Source: Eledone cirrhosa (taxonomy: Eukaryota). Taken from it: DNA of 64,000 bases. Where the stretch lies: assembly GCA_964016885.1 (NCBI GenBank), contig OZ024743.1:333560001-333624000 (forward strand), given 5' to 3'. The position numbers were made by a program, and so were the translations under genes. Of the stretch, positions 30,001 to 39,210 are shown piece by piece. Within the stretch, counting starts at the first letter, position 1. Every line of letters starts with the position of its first letter. The notes beneath the pieces were generated by a model, which was given only the letters and a program-made list of their open reading frames with translations, was not told the origin of the DNA and did no database searches.

Positions 30001-33000
30001 ATGGCTGCAGTTTGATGACTGAAACCAGTAAAGAGTGTAGTGCCCCATCATGGCTGCAGTTTGATGACTGAAACCAGTAAAGAGTGTGGTGCTCCATCAT
30101 GGCTGCAGTTTGATGACTGAAACTAGTAAAGAGTGTAGTGCCCCATCACGGCTGCAGTTTGATGACTGAAACCAGTAAAGAGTGTAGTGCCCCATCATGG
30201 CTGCAGTTTGATGACTGAAACCAGTAAAGAGTGTAGTGCCCCAGCATGGCTGCAGTTTGATGACTGAAACCAGTAAAGAGTGTAGTGCCCCATCATGGCT
30301 GCAGTTTAATGACTGAAACCAGTAAAGAGTGTAGTGCCCCAGCATGGCTGCAGTTTGATGACTGAAACCAGTAAAGAGTGTAGTGCCCCATCATGGCTGC
30401 AGTTTAATGACTGAAACCAGTAAAGAGTGTAGTGCCCCATCATGGCTGCAGTTTGATGACTGAAACCAGTAAAGAGTGTAGTGCCCCATCATGGCTGCAG
30501 TTTGATGACTGAAACCAGTAAAGAGTGTGGTGCCCCAGCATGGCTGCAGTTTAATGACTGAAACCAGTAAAGAGTGTAGTGCCCCATCATGGCTGCAGTT
30601 TGATTACTGAAACCAGTAAAGAGTGTAGTGCCCCATCATGGCTGTAGTTTGATGACTGAAACCAGTAAAGAGTGTGGTGCCCCAGCATGGCTGCAGTTTA
30701 ATGACTGAAACCTGTAAAGAGTGTAGTGCCCCAGCATGGCTGCAGTTTGATGACTGAAACCAGTAAAGAGTGTGGTGCCCCAGCATGGCTGCAGTTTAAT
30801 GACTGAAACCAGTAAAGAGTGTAGTGCCCCATCATGGCTGCAGTTTGATGACTGAAACCAGTAAAGAGTGTAGTGCCCCATCATGGCTGCAGTTTGATGA
30901 CTGAAACCAGTAAAGAGTGAGGTGCCCCAGCATGGCTGCAGTTTTATGACTGAAACCAGTAAAGAGTGTGGTGCCCCAGCATGGCTGCAGTTTGATGACT
31001 GAAACCAGTAAAGAGTGTAGTGCCCCATCATGGCTGCAGTTTGATGACTGAAACCAGTAAAGAGTGTAGTGCCCCATGATGGCTGCAGTTTGATGACTGA
31101 AACCAGTAAAGAGTGTGGTGCCCCAGCATGGCTGCAGTTTAATGACTGAAACCAGTAAAGAGTGTAGTGCCCCATCATGGCTGTAGTTTGATGACTGAAA
31201 CCAGTAAAGAGTGTGGTGCCCCAGCATGGCTGCAGTTTAATGACTGAAACCTGTAAAGAGTGTAGTGCCCCAGCATGGCTGCAGTTTGATGACTGAAACC
31301 AGTAAAGAGTGTGGTGCCCCAGCATGGCTGCAGTTTAATGACTGAAACCAGTAAAGAGTGTAGTGCCCCATCATGGCTGCAGTTTGATGACTGAAACCAG
31401 TAAAGAGTGTGGTGCTCCAGCATGGCTGCAGTTTGATGACTGAAACCAGTAAAGAGTGTAGTGCCCCATCATGGCTGCAGTTTGATGACTGAAACCAGTA
31501 AAGAGTGTGGTGCTCCAGCATGGCTGCAGTTTGATGACTGAAACCAGTAAAGAGTGTAGTGCCCCATCATGGCTGCAGTTTGATGACTGAAACCAGTAAA
31601 GAGTGTAGTGCCCCATCATGGCTGCAGTTTGATGACTGAAACCAGTAAAGAGTGTGGTGCCCCAGCATGGCTGCAGTTTAATGACTGAAACCAGTAAAGA
31701 GTGTAGTGCCCCATCATGGCTGCAGTTTGATGACTGAAACCAGTAAAGAGTGTAGTGCCCCATCATGGCTGCAGTTTGATGACTGAAACCAGAAAAGAGT
31801 GTGGTGCCCCAGCATGGCTGCAGTTTAATGACTGAAACCAGTAAAGAGTGTAGTGCCCCATCATGGCTGCAGTTTGATGACTGAAACCAGTAAAGAGTGT
31901 GGTGCCCCAGCATGGCTGCAGTTTAATGACTGAAACCAGTAAAGAGTGTAGTGCCCCATCATGGCTGCAGTTTGATGACTGAAACCAGTAAAGAATGTGG
32001 TGCTCCAGCATGGCTGCAGTTTGATGACTGAAACCAGGAAAGAGTGTGGTGCTCCAGCATGGCTGCAGTTTGATGACTGAAACCAGTAAAGAGTGTAGTG
32101 CCCCATCATGGCTGCAGTTTGATGACTGAAACCAGTAAAGAGTGTAGTGCCCCAGCATGGCTGCAGTTTGATGACTGAAACCAGTAAAGAGTGTGGTGCT
32201 CCAGCATGGCTGCAGTTTGATGACTGAAACCAGTAAAGAGTGTAGTGCCCCATCATGGCTGCAGTTTGATTACTGAAACCAGTAAAGAGTGTAGTGCTCC
32301 ATCATGGCTGCAGTTTGATGACTGAAACCAGTAAAGAGTGTGGTGCCCCAGCATGGCTGCAGTTTGATGACTGAAACCAGTAAAGAGTGTGGTGCTCCAG
32401 CATGGCTGCAGTTTGATGACTGAAACCAGTAAAGAGTGTAGTGCCCCATCATGGCTGCAGTTTGATGACTGAAACCAGTAAAGAGTGTAGTGCCCCAGCA
32501 TGGCTGCAGTTTGATGACTGAAACCAGTAAAGAGTGTAGTGCCCCAGCATGGCTGCAGTTTGATGACTGAAACCAGTAAAGAGTGTGGTGCCCCAGCATG
32601 GCTGCAGTTTGATGACTGAAACCAGTAAAGAGTGTGGTGCTCCAGCATGGCTGCAGTTTGATGACTGAAACCAGTAAAGAGTGTAGTGCCCCAGCATGGC
32701 TGCAGTTTGATGACTGAAACCAGTAAAGAGTGTGGTGCCCCAGCATGGCTGCAGTTTGATGACTGAAACCAGTAAAGAGTGTAGTGCCCCAGCATGGCTG
32801 CAGTTTAATGACTGAAACCAGTAAAGAGTGTAGTGCCCCATCATAGCTGCAGTTTGATGACTGAAACCAGTAAAGAGTGTAGTGCCCCAGCATGGCTGCA
32901 GTTTGATGACTGAAACCAGTAAAGAGTGTAGTGCCCCATCATGGCTGCAGTTTAATGACTGAAACCAGTAAAGAGTGTAGTGCCCCAGCATGGCTGCAGT

Positions 33001-36000
33001 TTGATGACTGAAACCAGTAAAGAGTGTAGTGCCCCAGCATGGCTTCAGTTTAATGACTGAAACCAGTAAAGAGTGTAGTGCCCCATCATGGCTGCAGTTT
33101 GATGACTGAAACCAGTAAAGAGTGTGGTGCCCCAGCATGGCTGCAGTTTGATGACTGAAACCAGTAAAGAGTGTGGTGCTCCAGCATGGCTGCAGTTTGA
33201 TGACTGAAACCAGTAAAGAGTGTAGTGCCCCAGCATGGCTGCAGTTTGATGACTGAAACCAGTAAAGAGTGTGGTGCCCCAGCATGGCTGCAGTTTGATG
33301 ACTGAAACCAGTAAAGAGTGTAGTGCCCCAGCATGGCTGCAGTTTAATGACTGAAACCAGTAAAGAGTGTAGTGCCCCATCATAGCTGCAGTTTGATGAC
33401 TGAAACCAGTAAAGAGTGTAGTGCCCCAGCATGGCTGCAGTTTGATGACTGAAACCAGTAAAGAGTGTAGTGCCCCATCATGGCTGCAGTTTGATGACTG
33501 AAACCAGTAAAGAGTGTAGTGCCCCAGCATGGCTGCAGTTTGATGACTGAAACCAGTAAAGAGTGTAGTGCCCCAGCATGGCTGCAGTTTAATGACTGAA
33601 ACCAGTAAAGAGTGTAGTGCCCCATCATGGCTGCAGTTTGATGACTGAAACCAGTAAAGAGTGTAGTGCCCCATCATGGCTGCAGTTTTATGACTGAAAC
33701 CAGTAAAGAGTGTGGTGCCCCAGCATGGCTGCAGTTTGATGACTGAAACCAGTAAAGAGTGTAGTGCCCCAGCATGGCTGCAGTTTGATGACTGAAACCA
33801 GTAAAGAGTGTAGTGCTCCATGATGGCTGCAGTTTGATGACTGAAACCAGTAAAGAGTGTGGTGCCCCAGCATGGCTGCAGTTTAATGACTGAAACCAGT
33901 AAAGAGTGTAGTGCCCCATCATGGCTGCAGTTTGATGACTGAAACCAGTAAAGAGTGTGGTGCCCCAGCATGGCTGCAGTTTAATGACTGAAACCTGTAA
34001 AGAGTGTAGTGCCCCAGCATGGCTGCAGTTTGATTACTGAAACCAGTAAAGAGTGTGGTGCCCCAGCATGGCTGCAGTTTAATGACTGAAACCAGTAAAG
34101 AGTGTAGTGCCCCATCATGGCTGCAGTTTGATGACTGAAACCAGTAAAGAGTGTGGTGCCCCATGATGGCTGCAGTTTGATGACTGAAACCAGTAAAGAG
34201 TGTGGTGCCCCAGCATGGCTGCAGTTTAATGACTGAAACCAGTAAAGAGTGTAGTGCCCCATCATGGCTGCAGTTTGATGACTGAAACCAGTAAAGAGTG
34301 TGGTGCCCCAGCATGGCTGCAGTTTAATGACTGAAACCTGTAAAGAGTGTAGTGCCCCAGCATGGCTGCAGTTTGATGACTGAAACCAGTAAAGAGTGTG
34401 GTGCCCCAGCATGGCTGCAGTTTAATGACTGAAACCAGTAAAGAGTGTAGTGCCCCATCATGGCTGCAGTTTGATGACTGAAACCAGTAAAGAGTGTGGT
34501 GCTCCAGCATGGCTGCAGTTTGATGACTGAAACCAGTAAAGAGTGTAGTGCCCCATCATGGCTGCAGTTTGATGACTGAAACCAGTAAAGAGTGTGGTGC
34601 TCCAGCATGGCTGCAGTTTGATGACTGAAACCAGTAAAGAGTGTAGTGCCCCAGCATGGCTGCAGTTTGATGACTGAAACCAGTAAAGAGTGTGGTGCTC
34701 CAGCATGGCTGCAGTTTGATGACTGAAACCAGTAAAGAGTGTAGTGCCCCAGCATGGCTGCAGTTTGATGACTCAAACCAGTAAAGAGTGTAGTGCCCCA
34801 GCATGGCTGCAGTTTGATGACTGAAACCAGTAAAGAGTGTAGTGCCCCATCGTGGCTGCAGTTTGATGACTGAAACCAGTAAAGAGTGTAGTGCCCCAGC
34901 ACGGCTGCAGTTTGATGACTGAAACCAGTAAAGAGTGTAGTGCCCCAGCATGGCTGCAGTTTGATGACTGAAACCAGTAAAGAGTGTAGTGCCCCAGCAT
35001 GGCTGCAGTTTGATGACTGAAACCAGTAAAGAGTGTAGTGCCCCAGCATGGCTGCAGTTTAATGACTGAAACCAGTAAAGAGTGTAGTGCCCCAGCATGG
35101 CTGCAGTTTAATGACTGAAACCAGTAAAGAGTGTAGTGCCCCAGCATGGCTGCAGTTTGATGACTGAAACCAGTAAAGAGTGTAGTGCTCCAGCATGGCT
35201 GCAGTTTGATGACTGAAACCAGTAAAGAGTGTAGTGCCCCATCATGGCTGCAGTTTGATGACTGAAACCAGTAAAGAGTGTAGTGCTCCAGCTTGGCTGC
35301 AGTTTGATGACTGAAACCAGTAAAGAGTGTAGTGCCCCATCATGGCTGCAGTTTGATGACTGAAACCAGTAAAGAGTGTAGTGCCCCAGCATGGCTGCAG
35401 TTTAATGACTGAAACCAGTAAAGAGTGTAGTGCCCCAGCATGGCTGCAGTTTGATGACTGAAACCAGTAAAGAGTGTAGTGCTCCAGCATGGCTGCAGTT
35501 TGATGACTGAAACCAGTAAAGAGTGTAGTGCCCCAGCATGGCTGCAGTTTAATGACTGAAACCAGTAAAGAGTGTAGTGCCCCAGCATGGCTGCAGTTTG
35601 ATGACTGAAACCAGTAAAGAGTGTGGTGCTCCAGCATGGCTGCAGTTTGATGACTGAAACCAGTAAAGAGTGTAGTGCCCCATCATGGCTGCAGTTTGAT
35701 GACTGAAACCAGTAAAGAGTGTAGTGCCCCATCATGGCTGCAGTTTGATGACTGAAACCAGTAAAGAGTGTGGTGCTCCATCATGGCTGCAGTTTGATGA
35801 CTGAAACCAGTAAAGAGTGTAGTGCCCCATCACGGCTGCAGTTTGATGACTGAAACCAGTAAAGAGTGTAGTGCCCCATCATGGCTGCAGTTTGATGACT
35901 GAAACCAGTAAAGAGTGTGGTGCTCCATCATGGCTGCAGTTTGATGACTGAAACCAGTAAAGAGTGTAGTGCCCCATCATGGCTGCAGTTTGATGACTGA

Positions 36001-38808
36001 AACCAGTAAAGAGTGTAGTGCCCCATCATGGCTGCAGTTTGATGACTGAAACCAGTAAAGAGTGTGGTGCTCCATCATGGCTGCAGTTTGATGACTGAAA
36101 CCAGTAAAGAGTGTAGTGCCCCATCATGGCTGCAGTTTGATGACTGAAACCAGTAAAGAGTGTAGTGCCCCAGCATGGCTGCAGTTTGATGACTGAAACC
36201 AGTAAAGAGTGTGGTGCTCCAGCATGGCTGCAGTTTGATGATTGAAACCAGTAAAGAGTGCAGTGCCCCATCATGGCTGCAGTTTAATGACTGAAACCAG
36301 TAAAGAGTGCAGTGCCCCATCATGGCTGCAGTCTGATGACTGAAACCAGTAAAGAGTGTGGTGCTCCAGCATGGCTGCAGTTTGATGACTGAAACCAGTA
36401 AAGAGTGTAGTGCCCCATCATGGCTGCAGTTTGATGACTGACACCAGTAAAGAGTGTAGTGCCCCAGCATGGCTGCAGTTTGATGACTGAAACCAGTAAA
36501 GAGTGTGGTGCTCCAGCATGGCTGCAGTTTGATGACTGAAACCAGTAAAGAGTGTGGTGCCCCATCATGGCTGCAGTTTGATGACTGAAACCAGTAAAGA
36601 GTGTAGTGCCCCAGCATGGCTGCAGTTTGATGACTGAAACCAGTAAAGAGTGTAGTGCCCCAGCATGGCTGCAGTTTGATGACTGAAACCAGTAAAGAGT
36701 GTAGTGCCCCATCATGGCTGCAGTTTGATGACTGAAACCAGTAAAGAGTGTAGTGCCCCAGCATGGCTGCAGTTTAATGACTGAAACCAGTAAAGAGTGT
36801 GGTGCTCCAGCATGGCTGCAGTTTGATGACTGAAACCAGTAAAGAGTGTAGTGCCCCAGCATGGCTGCAGTTTGATGACTGAAACCAGTAAAGAGTGTAG
36901 TGACCCATCATGGCTGCAGTTTGATGAATGAAACCAGTAAAGAGTGTAGTGCCCCAGCATGGCTGCAGTTTGATGACTGAAACCAGTAAAGAGTGTAGTG
37001 CCCCATCATGGCTGCAGTTTGATGACTGAAACTAGTAAAGAGTGTAGTGCCCCAGCATGGCTGCAGTTTGATGACTGAAACCAGTAAAGAGTGTAGTGCC
37101 CCAGCATGGCTGCAGTTTGATGACTGAAACCAGTAAAGAGTGTGGTGCTCCAGCATCGCTGCAGTTTGATGACTGAAACCAGTAAAGAGTGTAGTGCCCC
37201 ATTATGGCTGCAGTTTGATGACTGAAACCAGTAAAGAGTGTAGTGCCCCAGCATGGCTGCAGTTTGATGACTGAAACCAGTAAAGAGTGTGGTGCTCCAG
37301 CATGGCTGCAGTTTGATGACTGAAACCAGTAAAGAGTGTAGTGCCCCAGCATGGCTGCAGTTTGATGACTGAAACCAGTAAAGAGTGTAGTGCCCCAGCA
37401 TGGCTGCAGTTTGATGACTGAAACCAGTAAAGAGTGTAGTGCCCCAGCATGGCTGCAGTTTGATGACTGAAACCAGTAAAGAGTGTAGTGCTCCAGCATG
37501 GCTGCAGTTTGATGACTGAAACCAGTAAAGAGTGTGGTGCTCCAGCATGGCTGCAGTTTGATGACTGAAACCAGTAAAGAGTGTGGTGCTCCAGCATGGC
37601 TGCAGTTTGATGACTGAAACCAGTAAAGAGTGTGGTGCTCCAGCATGGCTGCAGTTTGATGACTGAAACCAGTAAAGAGGGTGGTGCCCCAGCATGGCTG
37701 CAGTTTGATGACTGAAACCAGTAAAGAGTGTGGTGCCCCAGCATGGCTGCAGTTTGATGACTGAAACCAGTAAAGAGTGTAGTGCCCCAGCATGGCTGCA
37801 GTTTGATGACTGAAACCAGTAAAGAGTGTAGTGCCCTATCATGGCTGCAGTTTGATGACTGAAACCAGTAAAGAGTGTAGTGCCCCATCATGGCTGCAGT
37901 TTGATGACTGAAACCAGTAAAGAGTGTGGTGCCCCAGCATGGCTGCAGTTTGATGACTGAAACCAGTAAAGAGTGTGGTGCTCCAGCATGGCTGCAGTTT
38001 GATGACTGAAACCAGTCAAGAGTGTGGTGCTCCAGCATGGCTGCAGTTTGATGACTGAAACCATTAAAGAGTGTAGTGCTGCAGCATGGCTGCAATTTGA
38101 TGACTGAAACCAGTAAAGAGTGTGGTGCCCCAGCATGGCTGCAGTTTGATTACTGAAACCAGTAAAGAGTGTGGTGCCCCAGCATGGCTGCAGTTTGATG
38201 ACTGAAACCAGTAAAGAGTGTGGTGCCCCAGCATGGCTGCAGTTTGATGACTGAAACCAGTAAAGAGTGTAGTGCTCCAGCATGGCTGCAGTTTGATGAC
38301 TGAAACCAGTAAAGAGTGTGGTGCTCCAGCATGGCTGCAGTTTGATGACTGAAACCAGTAAAGAGTGTGGTGCTCCAGCATGGCTGCAGTTTGATGACTG
38401 AAACCAGTAAAGAGTGTAGTGCCCCAGCATGGCTGCAGTTTAATGACTGAAACCAGTAAAGAGTGTGGTGCTCCAGCATGGCTGCAGTTTGATGACTGAA
38501 ACCAGTAAAGAGTGTAGTGCCCCAGCATGGCTGCAGTTTGATGACTGAAACCAGTAAAGAGTGTAGTGCCCCATCATGGCTGCAGTTTGATGAATGAAAC
38601 CAGTAAAGAGTGTAGTGCCCCAGCATGGCTGCAGTTTGATGACTGTAACCAGTAAAGAGTGTGGTGCCCCATCATGGCTGCAGTTTGATGACTGAAACCA
38701 GTAAAGAGTGTGGTGCCCCAGCATGGCTGCAGTTTGATGACTGAAACCAGTAAAGAGTGTAGTGCCCCAACATGGCTGCAGTTTGATGACTGAAACCAGT
38801 AAAAGAGT
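1..38808. repeat. 49-bp tandem satellite/minisatellite array, 792 monomers in the window, continuing past the left edge. Consensus TRGTGCYCCAKCATGGCTGCAGTTTRATGACTGAAACCAGTAAAGAGTG
   Basis: Read directly from the sequence. The monomer starting at position 1 recurs in exact phase at 38760 (=1+791x49). About 47% GC, with a PstI site (CTGCAG) in nearly every unit. Common variable sites are monomer positions 2 (A/G), 7 (C/T), 11 (T/G) and 26 (G/A). ATG starts in the ORF track differ by multiples of 49 (e.g. 38724-406=782x49). Confidence 0.99.
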
Positions 38809-38824
38809 AAAAAAAAAAGAAAAG
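38760..38824 (+). mobile_element. Putative 3' terminus and A-rich tail of a non-LTR retroposon (SINE/LINE), probable seed of the 49-bp satellite
   Basis: The last monomer ends ...ATGACTGAAACCAGTAAAAGAGT (4 A's versus 3 in the other units), followed by A10-G-AAAA-G, which is a typical retroposon tail. The monomer resembles, from memory only, the 3' end of an abundant Octopus SINE-type repeat (GGCGGTGCTCCAGCATGGCCGCAGTCAAATGACTGAAACAAGTAAAAGAG). This has not been checked against a database. Confidence 0.55.
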
Positions 38825-38857
38825 TAATCTATATATTTATTTGTTTATTTTATTCAG
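38824..38857 (+). promoter_or_regulatory. Spliceosomal 3' splice site: candidate branch point, T-rich tract and CAG acceptor
   Basis: GTAATCTATATATTTATTTGTTTATTTTATTCAG. A TAAT branch-like motif has its A at about 38827, 30 nt upstream of the AG at 38856-38857. There is no other AG in between, and the tract is T-rich. Confidence 0.82.
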
Positions 38858-38977
38858 AAATTCCCTGACAATGAAGGGCCACACGACATGCCATATGAAT
38901 CTAAGTTCATAAAATGCTCAAAATGTCTTCGGATAAATAATGCTGATGCCCGTTTCTGTGATTGGTGTGGTAACAGG
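38858..38977 (+). CDS. Internal coding exon (120 bp, phase 0-0) encoding a C4 zinc-ribbon motif; tentatively from a double zinc ribbon and ankyrin repeat protein (DZANK1-like)
   Basis: Translation KFPDNEGPHDMPYESKFIKCSKCLRINNADARFCDWCGNR contains C-x2-C-x3-N-x3-ARF-C-x2-CG, the zinc-ribbon/DZR signature. Only this frame is open; the other two + frames hit TAA or TGA. It is flanked by TTCAG| and |GTAAGT. The DZANK1 assignment rests on motif resemblance only. Confidence 0.85.
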
Positions 38978-38983
38978 GTAAGT
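38975..38983 (+). promoter_or_regulatory. 5' splice donor AGG|GTAAGT
   Basis: Perfect GTAAGT intronic consensus at 38978-38983, directly after codon 40 of the open frame. Confidence 0.87.
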
Positions 38984-38996
38984 GCTTTATTTAATA

Positions 38997-39029
38997 ACTA
39001 ACTGGTCCCGTGCTGTCAAAAATGATGGC
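38997..39029 (-). mobile_element. Possible decayed Helitron-type 3' terminus (hairpin, 10 nt, then TTAG|T)
   Basis: GCTGTCA-AAAA-TGATGGC (39012-39029) becomes the perfect hairpin GCCGTCA-AAAA-TGACGGC if two CpG>TpG changes are reversed. On the minus strand it is followed 10 nt later by TTAG then T, one mismatch from the Helitron CTRR|T end. The match is short and could be chance. Confidence 0.22.
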
Positions 39030-39210
39030 TAATTGTAGTATTTTATATATAGAAAGGGTGCAAAACCAAGTTTTTAGTTTCAACCCTTTAGTATTTACAA
39101 TACTCTATATTTACTATTGTATTTTCATGGTAACAGCTTTATCTTACATAATATTGAATCTATGAGAACAATACCTTAACATCAGTATAAGCAGCCAGTT
39201 ACAGCCGATT

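Larger units (their letters stand above)
1..38857 (+). other. Inferred giant intron (at least 38.8 kb), almost entirely 49-bp satellite
   Basis: Ends in a canonical acceptor. There is no non-repeat sequence upstream in the window that could be another exon. Confidence 0.7.

Noticed and set aside
34769-34775. Perfect AP-1 site TGACTCA created by a single variant of the monomer's TGACTGA
   Set aside because: It is a singleton substitution among 792 units, with no evidence of regulatory function.
158-38724. Very many overlapping minus-strand ORFs of 60-354 aa (MLGHYTLYWFQSSNCSH... repeats)
   Set aside because: 49 is not divisible by 3, so the same 49-aa periodic peptide appears in all three frames. 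One monomer haplotype is simply stop-free on that strand, which has roughly a 10% chance for 49 random codons. The common T11 and A26 variants insert stops freely, so there is no sign of coding selection.
1-38808. 3x49=147 bp equals the nucleosome core length, and 32 bp is about 3 helical turns
   Set aside because: This is a numerical coincidence without support. No trimer periodicity is evident in the variant pattern (block offsets of 19, 64, 71 and 91 units are not multiples of 3). MNase data would be needed.
1-38808. Donor-like CA|GTAAAG and several CAG acceptor-like motifs in each 49-mer (possible recursive splicing)
   Set aside because: The match to GTAAGT is weak, there is no polypyrimidine tract, and there is no AG|GT ratchet-point arrangement.
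39053-39106. Imperfect inverted repeat AAAGGGT(39053)...ACCCTTT(39089), reminiscent of piggyBac/MITE-like CCCTTT ends
   Set aside because: The perfect stem is only 7 bp in AT-rich DNA, with no intact TTAA target site and no partner terminus. It is too weak to call.
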